NCBI GenBank assembly: GCA_051362555.1
Contig: CM120640.1
Location: forward strand, 2,914,001 to 2,978,000
Direction: 5' to 3'
Length of the DNA stretch: 64,000 nucleotides
Source: Lingula anatina
Lineage: Eukaryota; Animalia; Brachiopoda
In this document: positions 50,401 to 63,326 of the stretch, one piece after another
How positions within the stretch are numbered: position 1 is the stretch's first letter
How the letters are laid out: every line of letters starts with the position of its first letter
Notes under the pieces: model-generated
The model's database searches: none
Told to the model about the DNA's origin: nothing
Seen by the model: the letters and a program-made list of their open reading frames with translations, nothing else
Program-made: the position numbers and the translations under genes

Positions 50401-53400
50401 AGGTTCCCCGTGGTCCCCACCCAGGGGGAATGAGAGGCCCAACCCCACAAGACCCCAGAGCTGGCCCACCACGGCCCGAGTGGGACAGACCCCCTGGTAA
50501 GTTACAAAGCATCAATTTTTCAAATCTCTTGTGAAGATCTGATGTGCTGTTTGTTTCACTAGGTATGCTAAGTGACCATTTTCACTGCTGTCTAAAACTT
50601 GAGAACAAAATAAAAAAAGATATGCAGAGAGGAGTTCTCTATCAATTTTTATGGACAGACACTTTGAATGTCTGTTTATCACGATGTTGGTCCTTTAATG
50701 TCACTTTTCAAAGCATCCCTGTAGCTGCCAAACCATATTTTTATTTTGTTTTTAATTGTACCACCAGCGTTAGCGCTGGCGGTACACATGGTTTCGGTCC
50801 CGTCCGGATCGTTCCGCCGGCTCCGCCGGACGGCTACCGTTACCGCTTCTCCTCCTAGACGGTAAGGGCCCCTGTACCCATCTCATGGATTTAGGTCACC
50901 TATAATCTCAACTCGTTCCACGTAAAATTTGGGCTTTGTCGGTATTGGGGTCTGGGTGTGGCACTCATTGCAATGCACCCTTGTCTAAAAATGGCAAAAT
51001 TAAATGCTAATTATCTACCCTACGGAAGGAGTTATGGGAAAAATTTCTATAGACGGCTTTCCAAAAGTCATATGTGTAGATTTCAAATATACCCTTGGAT
51101 TTGACCTTTGACCTCTACTTCAAGGTCAAATGGGCCAAAATTTTCAAAAAAATGAAATTTTTTACGAAAAAAAATTTTTTTTGCCCTGTTATTCAGACAC
51201 CACACAGACTTAACCAATAATATTATTGGAAAGTGTTACCCTTCAGGTCATCTTTCATCTCCATGAATTTGGGGTCAATCGGTGCATTTTCACGGGAGTA
51301 GCGGCCATAAGATACCGAAACTGAAAACTGTTTCTAATTCGGGAACCGTTAATGCTAGAGACCCATTCTTTTTTGCATTTTGTAGAGCATGTAAAGCCCA
51401 ACACTGGAGGTGGTCTCGGTTTTTTTGTATTCCATACGGTTTTCGAGTTACGCTCTATCAAAAAGTACATATTGGTGGTAAAAGCAAAATGTGCAGTACG
51501 GTAATGGATAATAAATTTTGAACTCTGGAAAAATAAAACATAAGGCTTGGCAAAGCAGACAACTTGTGTTCAAAAATGACATTATTTCATCAAATTTGAA
51601 CTTCTGAAACTTCAGAGCACCTCCTATTTCAAGAATTTTGACCAAAATGACATTTTCTTTATTTTAATTAATTTTTTCTGTATGAAATTTAAGGCACATT
51701 ATGGTAATTCCAAAATTATAACATCTAGTCCCTTTTATCTCCAAAACTGGCAGAGATAGGTCCATAGTTACTATTGAACTTGAAAAGGAAGTCATATACT
51801 GGCAATCTAAATGTGACCTTAAAATTGACCTTTGACCTACTTTACACCATGAACTGAATTTTGCAAATTTTTCTTTCCTTTTATCTCCAAAACTGGCAGA
51901 GATAGGTCCGTAGTTACTATTGAACTTGAATAGGAAGTCATATACTGGCAATCTATATGTGACATTAAAATTGACCTTTGACCTACTTTTCACCATGAAC
52001 TGAATTTTGCAAATTTTGCTTTCCTTTTATCTCCAAAACTGGCAGAGATAGGTCCGAAGTTACTATTGAACTTGAATAGGAAGTCATATACTGGCAATCT
52101 AAATGTGACCTTAAAATTGACCTTTGACCTACTTTACACCATGAACTGAATTTTGCAAATTTTTCTTTCCTTTTATCTCCAAAACTGGCAGAGATAGGTC
52201 CGTAGTTACTATTGAACTTGAATAGGAAGTCATATACTGGCAATCTATATGTGACCTTAAAGTTGACCTTTGACCTACTTTTCACCATAAACTGAACTTT
52301 GCAAAATTTGCTTCCCTTTTATCTCCAAAACTGGCAGAGATAGGTCCATAGTTACTATTGAAGTTGAATAGGAAGTCATATACTGGCAATCTAAATGTGA
52401 CCTTAAAATTGACCTTTGACCTACTTTACACCATGAACTGAATTTTGCAAATTTTGCTTTCCTTTTATCTCCAAAACTGGCTGAGATAGGTCCATAGTTA
52501 CAATTGAACTTGAATAGGAAGTCATATACTGGCAATCTAAATGTGACCTTAAAATTGACCTTTGACGTACTTTTCACCATAAACTGAACTTTGCAAATTT
52601 TGCTTCCCTTTTATCTCCAAAACTGGTAAAGATAGGTCCATAGTTACTATTGAACTTGAATAGAAAGTCATATACTGGCAATCTAAATGTGACCTTGAAA
52701 TTGACCTTTGACCTACTTTTCACCATGAACTGAATTTTGCAAATTTTGCTTCCCTTTTATCTCCAAAACTGGCTGAGATAGGTCCATAGTTACTATTGAA
52801 GTTGAATAGGAAGTCCTATACTGGCAATCTAAGTGTGACCTTTAAAATGACCTTTGACCTACTTATTATCATGAACTGAACTCTGCTAATTTCTTTCTCT
52901 TTTAACTTCAAACTTGACAGAGATAGGTCCATAGTTACTCTTGAACTTGAATAGGAAGTCATATACTGGCAATTTACTGTGACCTTGAAATTGACCCTTG
53001 ACCTACCTTACCAAGAACTTAAATTTGATTGTACCATATATATTTTTTGCAATAGTTTAAAAATTCTTGTTGATTGCATTTTTACAGCTTGTCAAGCACA
53101 AAACTGGTGGCTGTGTCCCTTATTTTGTGTATGTGGGGGTCTATACGAATGCGCTTGCTCCAGCTGGTGGTACAATATTTGGAGGCGGTATCGCCTCTCT
53201 GATCCTCTAGTTTAATGAGCAGTTATGTTATTTTTTTTTTAAAAGGGTTCCTTTCGAAAATCAGCATGATTGGATTATATTTGCAAAAGTTAGCTTTATG
53301 TATTTGATTATTTATTTATTTATTTATTATTGCTGTTTGGTGCCTGTATATTTTCACATTTTGCTGTCTAGTTCATGTGTTGAACTCGATGTTTTTCATT

Positions 53401-54310
53401 TGGCTTAAATAAAATTGGTGAAACTTAGTAAGTAAACAGTTCACCTTCTATAATGGGGAATAGCAGGCTAGATTTGTCTTCTTTTCTCCCCATGCATTTT
53501 TAACATGGGTGCATAAGCACTTTGTATATGGGCCTTATTAATGTATCACAATTCAGAGCTTCCCCCTTTTCATCAAAAGTTGGTTCACCAAGAAGAATAA
53601 ATTATCTTAAGTGAAGAAGTTGACATCATTTGTCTTAAAAACCTTTCTGTGAACATTCAGTAATACCGAATTGCTAGATAGTTTTTGCATAGTATTCACT
53701 GCCCTTCTTTTCTCCTTACCATATACAGTGTGACCAAAAAAAAAAAAAAAACAAATTTTATTAAATCCTACAAATGTCCATCAAATTTCAAGAAATTTGC
53801 TGGATTTAATATTTCAATATGTGTATGATTGTTCCCCAAAGTTTCAGTTATCTTGGTTGCTTTGCATAAAAGGCATGTTCTTTTTAAAAAAAATATGCTC
53901 CAAATGGCTTCTGAGGCATTGGATGCACACTTGCATATGTCGTGAAAAAAATGCCAATTTCTCAAACACATTCCTCCTTCAGGATTTCACTGATTTTTGC
54001 TGTGATTGCTGCCCACATTTCACCCATCATTTGAGGGTTGTTCTGGTACACTTTATCCTTGAGAAATCCCACAGAAAAAATCTGAAGGGGGTTTCAAGTC
54101 AGGTGAATGCTGTCCCACTCAACATCACACTTCCAGCTGATAAGTCTATGCCAAAATCACTATGTGGCAGTGCTGAGGAAGTTTGGACATCACTGGGACG
54201 ATTTAGAGGGATAAATCAAGATGGACAGTGGTTCCAGCAAGATAGGGTCATCCCCACATGTCAAATTACTCCCTAGCCTGACAGAGAGCAATTTCAGGAG
54301 TATTTTCTAT

Positions 54311-54364
<54 letters not shown>

Positions 54365-57300
54365 TCACCCTGTATTTCTTGAGAATGTAATGACAGTTTG
54401 TCTGAAAACAAGTTTAGGACATTTTTGCAAAATGATCCTTGCTAAATGGTTAAATTAAAGTTGTTTGTGTAAAAGGATGTCCTGGAGTTACTTGTTAGCA
54501 TCTTGTCAGAGTGGTGCTAGTCTCCTGTGAAGGCAATGTGTAGAGTCAGACTTGATGCTAACAATCGTGTTCTAATTGAGGATGTTCAGGGAGTAGATTT
54601 CATCTTGACATTGGTTGATATGTACTGCCAACACGCTGCTTTTTATAGCTTACTCAGTGTGCGACATAGATGCCTATGACTATCCAGAAATTGATCTTCA
54701 AGATTCTAGAAACCTGTTGTGTATTTTGTCCTTAAAATACCTGTATAGACTACCGAGTAACGAGAAAGGTAATTTTCATACAGAGTCAGTTTTCATAGAC
54801 TATTGAACTACTGGCTATGTCTCACCCTGTATACTGCAATTTCATTTATGTTTTATGGTTTTAATGTTTTTATTTTTTACTTTTTATTTTTCTTGATGTG
54901 TACATTTTGTTCAGAGTTGTGTTTTGCACCCTTTTATTTTTTTATGTTCAGATCCTTATAGCATAAGCACTGCTCCTACTAACTGTGACTCCCCCGAGCC
55001 TCCCCCTCCTGGTGGTAAGTGAGCCTAGGGGGTGGAGGAAGTGGTGACAGGGGTGGATGTCCAAGGGGGGGTGGGGGTGGAGGAAGTGGTGACAGGGGTG
55101 GATGCCCAAGAGGGGGGGGTGGAGGAAGTGGTGACAGGGGTGGATGTCCAAGGGGGGTGGGGGTGGAGGAAGTAGTGACAGGGGTGGATGCCCAAGGGGG
55201 GGGGGGTGGAGGAAGTGGTGACAGGGGTGGACTCCCAAGGGAGAAGGACATTGACGTCATTGTTAACCCTGACATTTTGCCTCTTTATCACACAGTTCAC
55301 TTGAAATGTGAACAGAGTTACTGCGTATGTGTCTATAAAATATAGCACAGGTGTGAGCTAACTTATGTGCCAATTTGGCCGATTTTAGTATGCATCGAAA
55401 GGCTCGCCAAATTGGATACATAGTAAGCTCAGCATCCATGGGCACAAATGGGATGAAGAAAGCCAAGATATGCACTTTATTGGTTCACGTAATATTATAT
55501 CTGTACAGTGTGTAAAAGAAACAAAATGTCAGGGTTAACAGTGAACTCTACATTCTTTGATGTTGGGAGTTCAACCCCCTTGTTCTGTCAAAGTAGGAAT
55601 AAAGTGATAGGCAAGAAGCACACATGGTGATTGCAAAGTTCTTGGTTCGCATATGACAACTAGGTAACGTGTCAAAAATATCCTACCTGGGATTTTCGTA
55701 CCATATCTAATTTATATTGAGGAAAAAGGCAATTTTTTTTACGGTTTGAATTGGAAAGAGAAATAGGACATTTTGAAATATGACTTTGGGACATTTTCAA
55801 GTTTGTATTATGTATCTTTGAACAAGCTGTAAGTTTTAACAGAGAGATGTGTTATGATCTACCTAGTGGATTATTTACTGCACTGCACCTTCACTCCAGA
55901 TATCCTGATCATCAGTGCTAGCTAAATATGGGATGCGATTTAACGAGGAAATTGATTGCTTAATGCACTTAACAAAGCCCTCGTGGACCATTCATATGGT
56001 TATCTAAATGGAATCTAGTTCTGTTTGAAAATACACCATAATAATTGAATGGTTTTTTTTTACTTTATATTCTGCCTAAAGTTTGAAAGATATTTGGTGA
56101 AATACTTGTGGTGTTAGGAATAAGAAATGTATACTTTTAAAACTGTTTTATCTCGTTGACATTGTTTATGATTAACTGCAGTCAGTAATGTACAGGAAAT
56201 CATTGTGGCCTGATATAGACCAGTCTTTTATCTTTTGCAAATAGAAAATGGAAAAAAAGACAAACCTTTTGGGGTTTATTGCATATTTTGGTGAAAATGT
56301 TGAGTAAAAGGCTTTTATTAATGGCTGCAAAGATGAGACACTCAAATTACCTGAGTCTCTTCTTTTATGTTAAGATTGTTTGGGAGGTACAAACCTCGCG
56401 ATGTGAGAACCAAGATCTTTGTAATCACCTGTGACTATGCATGTTTTGACTCGGTATGGGGGGGGGGGGGGGGGTATGGTGGTGGTGGCAGGGTTTTCAG
56501 TTTACACTGTACACAGGTGTAGTTTCTGGTAACGACATTGGTCAGAAGTTAAATGGGTGACTGGTTTTCAAGGATTTTCATGATCGTTCTTTTGCAGTAG
56601 AGGGATTAAACATTGTTGGTTGGTTGTGGAATTTATGGGCAGTGCTTTGTTCCTGTATATCTTTTTCATTATAGTTACGATTAGATTCCTAATAAGGGAA
56701 TTGACGTACTTACATTTTCTTCTTAACTTCAGGTGTGCTTCATCTACTGTAAATATTATATTTTGATTTTATGTTATACTTTTCTGTGTGTGTGTGTGTG
56801 TGAAGAGGGAGGAGGAGAGTAAAAGTAGGTATTGGAGCATGTAGAGGTCTAATCCTTTCTGTGATTGGACAATGCGTCCTAAGCACTGCTATTTTCTCCT
56901 ACAGGTTATATTTTAGGGTTTGCATAGGCTTGACAATTGCTCTACCTCAAACGATTCAGTTCATGAACTTGAAAATTCTTGAAACTATGACAGGAAGCTG
57001 TCCTCATTTATGTTCATAAGTTCCATGAAATGTACTTGATTAAGAGCCTACAGGTCCTTGAAAGTCCTTGAATTTAATCTTCATTTTTCTGTATGAATCC
57101 TGATAATTCCTGCATCACTAATTAGTCCAGATGTTTGAAAATAAATACTAATACTTTAGTTTCCTGTGAGAATTTCATAGAAGGAAATCTCTTGAGTCCT
57201 ACAGGAAAATACTTAATTTTATTATTTTTTGATAAGCTCTCTATATGCATCATATGCCATACAGAATTTTTTAAAGAAATGTTCTACAAGTGTCAGATTA

Positions 57301-60300
57301 TTGCATATAAATGATAAAGCTGTGAATTTAAAGTGGATAGATTATAAGATTGTCTGTATGAAACGTACAAAACAGATTTTTTTCTTTGAAAGCAGAAACA
57401 AAATTCAAGAAGTTTTTCCACATTTACATGGCTCATTTGGCTAAATTCTGATATAAGAGCGAAGCATATTTGCTGTGATGTTCATTTCAAAATTCTCTCC
57501 ATCATTGTCACTGGTTTTATTCATTAGTCAGTAAGATTTTGCTGAGGTGGTTGCTATTCTCAGGAGGCCATTTCACTATATAACATGATTGATTTATGTG
57601 TCAATTTATTTATTTATTTTTTTAGACTCAATTGTGTCTAGGACTTCTTTATTGTCTGTCTAAAATAGGGAATAAAAAAATAATAGCATTCCCTAAGCTA
57701 CAAGTTACTGTTTGACCAACATTGCCTCCATCCTCAACTAAGGTAGAAATCTGACATTTTTCATCAAGTGTATTATTATGCAAACTTCATTGTAGTAAAT
57801 GCCTTCATTGTATCTTGTGATTGACCCACTGTGATCCAGAAACTAAGACCATTATTTTCTGCAAACTTTTATAACAACCTAAGGTTCCAGCCACTGGAGG
57901 CTTGATTTATGAAACTAATTAGATTACATTGGATGTTTGGGTCATGCCTTAGGAGGCTCAGATCTTACTTGGAAAAAAAAGGAGTAAGCTGAGTTACCAG
58001 CCTCCAGAGCTCAGTAGCTCACCTTCAAGTTCTCTCTGACCGCAGGGTACACTAGTAGTCCGTAACAAAATTATTATATTGCACCCAGTGGGATTTCATG
58101 TCATCAGTGGGGACACGTTCCTCGCCAGACATACCTGTGAGCAAATAAGCAGACATTTTGGTATATTTAATATTCCTTACAATTTTGATACGAACAAGAG
58201 CATCCTTCCTGTCTCAAAGGTGAAGGTTATTTTACCCAGTGAAAAACAAATGTTAAAGGTTGCAGGTCTCTGTCTCTATTGGGAAGATATTTTATGTACA
58301 CTGTCAGTGACTTACAATTCAACTTTGTATTTTAGTTGGCTATATACCACAACATGCACGGCCAATCCAACCAGTGACATCTTCTAGTAAGTTATAAAAT
58401 TATTAAAAAAGGAGAGAAAAAAATGCAGAATTCAGTGCTTTGTGCTACATATTGTTATGCAGATGGGCTTGGGATTTGCATGTCTCTTCCTTAATAAAAA
58501 ACCTGCCATGAAAGGAACTTGAGGCGTCCTTTTCAGCTTGCTTACACACAACCTTGGGGTCAGTAAAAGTGCCAACCTTACCCTTTGATTGGTTTTGATT
58601 GCATCAGGAGAGGGAAAATATTTTGCCAAATTTTTGTTAATATGTCGGCAGAAATTAAGGCATTCTTGAACGCAATCATGTGATTGATACAGATAACTAT
58701 CCTAGAGATTGCCCTGCTTTCTTTTTTATGCTCACTGTGTTGAAGAGGGATTTTGGGGATATTATTCAGTAGGTGGTTATAAGCCACCTGAACTTGTGAT
58801 GCGAATTTAAGCAAAGAATATTGACTACCAAGTTCAACTGATGTGTGAAAGAACGTTTTGCTTGTTTATGAATATTCTTTACAAAATGTTTTTGGGACAT
58901 GAACTGATCTGTTATTAAATTGCACAAACATCATTAACTAAAGGTGTTAGGCAATTATAAAATAAGTGTGGGCAGGAAATTACAGGAGAGGTTTCGTCAT
59001 TCAGACAGTAGTGATAATCCTGCATTTGTGCCCATATTTTATTTTTCAAGATAATGGAGAATGATTAAGCCCCAAGTGGAGCAATTTCATTGGTTCCCCT
59101 TACTCTGCAAATTAAAAGGTGACAATCTCATAATCCAAGAACAGCTGTGGCTGTGTCTCAGTTAACTTTTTGAAAAATCCACCATCATTTTCTGGAACTC
59201 CTTTTTTGTGATGACGTTATGTATGTTTTGAAAAAAAGGGAATTTTTTCAGTTTAGATTACAAAAGTATCATTACAGAATGGGGATTATCCAAGTAAATC
59301 CAAAGTTTCGTAACTTCGTGTAATATCAAGCAGTTGTGCGCAAGACTTAGAGGAGAGGGGGGTCAGACAAAATGGCAGACTAGCCAGTGTGGCGCAACAA
59401 CAAATTAAAGCTGAAAGAATTTTTTCATATATTTTTTTTTTCGGGGTCCAGTTTCATTAACACTGGATAGCACTATCCTATGGATAACACTATCCATTAG
59501 ATAAAATTGTCATCCTCTGGACAGTTATCCTGTGGATAAAGCAATGTTTCCTAAATGCTTAATAAATATTTTTGGTTCTGTTGCTATACAGTGGTTAAAA
59601 ATGGCTGCTTTCATCAGGATAACTGTCGATAGGATAGCAACTTTATCAAGTGGATAGTGTTATTCATAGGATGGCGCTATCCAGTGTTGATGAAACTGGG
59701 CCCTGGGTTGTTTTCACTCAAGTTTTGTCAGATAACTATCTATTTCAAAACAGAACATATTCACCGTAGTTTGTGTGTCTTGTATTTCTTTCTAAAGCGC
59801 GATTTTCCTAACGCAAAGTTTCACCCTTTTTTGCTTTAAATGTTAGCCTCCCCTCACGCTAATCCTTACATGGTTTCTAGCCTCGCATGATGTCACACAC
59901 AGCAGACAGCTCCCTCTTTGTTGAAACAGCATATTTATATATAATACACCAATGCATTGTTCAAAGTTGTGCTATTGTTGATATTTCAGTTTCCTATCCA
60001 GTGGGTCCACAGCCGGGCGTTCCCCCACAAATGCGTAAGTAGTACAACACAGTGAAACAAAGAAAAGGAAAAAAAATATTGTGGGATAGGAACAATTCCC
60101 AGATCCTATCTTAGTAACTGTGGATCGATCTAATTCTGAGGGGATTCTTGCTAAATTGCAATCAACAAGCGGCTAGGGGGTAATTAATTATCGCTTAACA
60201 GCTTCAGTAGGTGTGCCAGACATGTAAGCCACTTAAGCTGAAAGCAATTTAGCAAGAAACCCCTCAGAGATGGATCAATCCTGTTAGATCGATCTAGGTA

Positions 60301-62561
60301 TGGAAACCCAGTCATAGAAACTTATCAATGTACATGGCAGGCCTTTGGCTAAAATTTCTAGGTTACTAGCCCTTTATGCAACTAGTATTTAAAAGTGGGG
60401 TAGTGTTATTTAAATTTTAGAATGTTTATAAGCTTAGAAAGTGTCTTTTTGGAAGGGTGGGTGCCTTGGTTTGTGCCTAACAATGCACACTGTATGTATG
60501 TACTAAGACCGTAAATCATTGCAAGCAAAATACTCCCATTAAGACTGCCTTTATCCATTATCAGGAAATAATTTTTGTGACACAGTTCATAAGTAAAAAT
60601 ATTGTGAATTTTTTATAAATATATTTAGCAATCATTATTCATTGTTATTTATTTAATCTTGTTTGTTGAAACATATTGTTTTATCATTATTTTGATGAGA
60701 TGTGCTCTAATCTGTACTCATGATGTCAATTCAGTTTTCCTCATCAATATCTGTTTCTGTTAATCTAATCTAGAAAGTGATGTTAATAACATTACATTTT
60801 TTCAATCTGCACATCTTATCAGTTCCATACAGTTGTCATTAACAGCCTCTTGAAAACTGGTCACTGAGTGTGTAAGTAAAGTTGCCATGACAACTATATG
60901 GAATGATGCATTAAAAGGGGTGGTCATGAAATTCCTTTCAAAGTTCACCATGTTATCAACATTTATTAATGCAATAAAATATGTTGGGTTTTGTCTTTAA
61001 TTTCATTCCCTTGCACAAAATGTTTGCCAAAAAAAAAAAAAAAAAAATATCTGCTTGAGGTGAGCCAATCATCTTGCTATTGCAATGATATGAACATTTT
61101 CACTCCACAGCTCATATGTGGCTTTTGAATAATGAAAACAGTTTATTGAGCTGTAGGTGGTACATGTATTTGCCCACTCTATACTCTGCAGTTTTTCTTT
61201 TTCAAATAGAAAAAAGTAAAAGAATATGATTCATTATGCCTTAAGACAAAAACATTTTTCCTCGTCTGATTGTATTTTCAAACAAATATTTTCCATTGTA
61301 ATTTTAGCTCCATTTCAAGCAGCCCCAGGACCTGTTCCTCCCCCTGGCCACCACCCACCCCCAGCTGGACATCCTGGTGGACCCCCTGGACATCTGGGAC
61401 CCCCTGGACACCCAGGGATGATGCCCCCTAGAATGGGACCCCCTCAGAGTAAGTGCTGTGAACCCCTTATCACAGGGTTTGTGCAGTCATATGTTAAAGA
61501 TGCATACAAAGTCAATTTTTTGTCACAGAAACCAACCAAATGCCAGCATATAGTTTCAAGTAGTATAACTAAGAGAATTACCAAAAGGCATTGTATAATT
61601 TTACCCGGAAATGATGTTTGAACGGATTTTTCTGCTGGCATTCTAAGCTGTATGTCAATGGGGCAGGAAAGTAGGTCACGAAAGTAGGTTAAATTTACAA
61701 CCATAAATTTAAAGAAAGGAGCCATCTAAAGGTCTTTTATGGCTCATCGAGTGATCTATTCAGTTTTTCCCTTGGCATGTCGAATTTATTTGAGTCATAT
61801 AAGAATCTAGTAGAAGTGGTTTACATGTGTTACTAGGAATCCAGGCTCCACCAATGTTCGGTTCGTATGTACCTTTAAGGAGTAAAAGTTATACTTAATT
61901 TTATTTCCATTTTTTCTGTGATGCTTTAAAATGACTTCATTTCTCTGTAAAATTACTGTAATTTTTCTCAAAAACTTTCTGCATTATTCCTTGGCTTGCA
62001 TATGTTATATATTTTTTATCAATATTGTGTGGTAAGCTGCATTGTCCACTTAAAGGTCGTTGCTTGTGGATGTGGAGATAAATCTATCGTAACATTTCAT
62101 TGGCAATTGTCTTCCTATGTTACATTTCAGTTGAATTTAAGGTAGACTTGCACAGTGTTATGTTCACCACATTTTAATTCTTGTTCCAAATTCATGGAAT
62201 ATTTCTTAGCAAACTTTTGCTTATGATCAACCACAGGTACTAGGGGTGATATTAGGTAATGGTTTTGAGGTCAGTCTGAAACACAAAGCTGCCACATCTT
62301 GCACAGCTTTATGCATGTGATCACACGTAAGGGGAAGCACTGTCATAATGTTTTTTTTCCCTTTCAGATGCTCCTCCACATGCTGGCCCTCCGCCCCCCG
62401 GACACCCAGGGGCACCCCCTCCAGGACACCCCTACTCAGGGCACCCCCCACCAGGACAAGGGGGCCCTCCACCAGGCCATTCAGCCCCCCCGGCACCACA
62501 TGTGAACCCAGCCTTCTTCCCCCCAGGACAGGCACCGCCCCACCCACAGGGAGGACCTGCG
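47436..62561 (+). CDS. CPSF6: Cleavage and polyadenylation specificity factor 6 (CFIm68); 5' portion, continues beyond the right edge
   Basis: Exons: 47436-47495 ([12 protein letters not shown]), 48075-48161 (VDLYDDVI), 48458-48565 (NAGNAG acceptor; SLYVGNMTW), 48773-48876 ([22 protein letters not shown]), 49080-49312 (RRM end plus RD run), 49626-49793, 50122-50219, 50403-50496, 54952-55014 and 59990-60034 (candidate cassette exons), 61308-61448, 62368-62561 ([12 protein letters not shown]). All are in phase. The RRM and PHVNPAFF are hallmarks of CPSF6/7. Confidence 0.93.
47853..48026. mobile_element. MITE-like family B relative in CPSF6 intron 1
   Basis: Inverted copy of about 46420-46591. 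Confidence 0.7.
50755..53212 (-). mobile_element. Helentron-type non-autonomous element (HINE/DINE-1-like) with an internal satellite array
   Basis: Perfect 14-bp subterminal inverted repeats attgtaccaccagc (50755-50768) / gctggtggtacaat (53163-53176). GC hairpin at 50758-50785, ctagtt terminus, T-rich flanks. No coding capacity. Confidence 0.75.
51731..53020. repeat. 146-bp tandem repeat, about 9 units
   Basis: ccttttatctccaaaactgg recurs at 51731, 51877, 52023, 52169, 52315, 52461, 52607 and 52753, with a degenerate copy near 52899. Confidence 0.97.
53726..54372. mobile_element. Tc1/mariner relic, internally deleted and rearranged
   Basis: TA-flanked ends cagtgtgacc / ggtcaccctg. Decayed transposase motifs WFQQD (+ strand, about 54230) and HSPDL-P-DFFLW-FLKDKVY (- strand, about 54045-54110). 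Confidence 0.75.
55027..55232 (+). repeat. G-rich minisatellite (5 units of about 43-45 bp) with G-quadruplex potential
   Basis: ggggtggaggaagtggtgacaggggtgga repeated five times with G-runs of variable length. Confidence 0.92.
55258..55543. mobile_element. MITE with TIRs of at least 19 bp
   Basis: tgttaaccctgacattttg / caaaatgtcagggttaaca, with CAYTG..CAGTG-like ends. Confidence 0.75.
56914..57102. mobile_element. Degenerate MITE with AGGGTT..AATCCTG ends (related end about 19020-19128)
   Basis: Repeated cttgaa motifs and tgtatgaatcctg / tgtacgaaccctg termini. Confidence 0.4.
59442..59705. mobile_element. Palindromic MITE
   Basis: ggggtccagtttcattaacactggatagc / gctatccagtgttgatgaaactgggccc, with internal tatcc/ggata repeats. 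Confidence 0.8.
60095..60313. mobile_element. MITE-like family B, inverted copy of 15645-15897
   Basis: Reverse-complement similarity along most of its length, with an internal deletion. Confidence 0.75.
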
Positions 62562-62573
62562 GTAAGGAGAGAC

Positions 62574-62607
<34 letters not shown>

Positions 62608-62694
62608 TTTACCTGTGTATGTGTGCGAGAGAGAAAAGTTTTTGTGTGTATGTGTGCAAAAGAGAGAGAGAGAGTGTGTGTGTGTGTGTGTGTG
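62574..62694. repeat. Compound (GT)n/(GA)n microsatellite just after a CPSF6 donor
   Basis: Alternating tgtg and agag tracts. Confidence 0.85.
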
Positions 62695-63326
62695 CGTAAA
62701 AGCGAGAAATTGTGTGTGGTTAAAATTCAGTTTAGAATTTTTCTGTACATCTGAAAATATAGTATAATTGTGTGATTACAAGAACTCTGTTGTTCATGAG
62801 ATGGATATTAATTACTGTAATGACTTGGATTTTTTCAATGAGGGGAAAATGATATATCTGAAAGATTAATAATTTTTGCCAATTCATAAGATCATTACCA
62901 TTCCTGGAGATCTCTACATACACATGTAGGTTATTCTTTGTTCCCTGCCTGACATGACAAACATAGCTCTCTCACAGGTGGTTGTGACATGTTACAGCAT
63001 GCCTTTGTTATAACAACAGTATAAATAGGAATTTCAGAATTCGATGTTATTGTGATTATTTTGTTGCTGTAAAACAGTTGGAAAAGCTCTTCAGGGTTGC
63101 TAAGCAATGTGACAAAAATTTAACTATGATTCTCATAAGTGTGCATGTATTGTATAATGAAAATAGAAATTGATAGTTTTAAAACTGTGCCCTGAAACAC
63201 TTAATGGTGATGCAATCTAGGAAGTACTGAATGCTTTTTTATTTTTTACTTGATTTGAGAGCTTATGTTACCCTAAGGAGTAATTTTTAAAACTTGTATG
63301 ATGGCAATATCAAAAGTAAAGGTAAA

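Noticed and set aside
51664-52580. Three similar ORFs of about 100 aa ([10 protein letters not shown]..)
   Set aside because: By-products of the 146-bp satellite, with no sign of splicing or a protein family.
54948-55348. Pro-rich and Gly-rich ORFs on both strands
   Set aside because: Translations of the G-rich minisatellite. Only 54952-55014 has exon signals.
55500-55605. UGUA motifs plus AATAAA as an autoregulatory intronic poly(A) site in CPSF6
   Set aside because: The TGTA motifs lie inside a MITE arm and both motifs are common in AT-rich DNA. It needs 3'-end sequencing.
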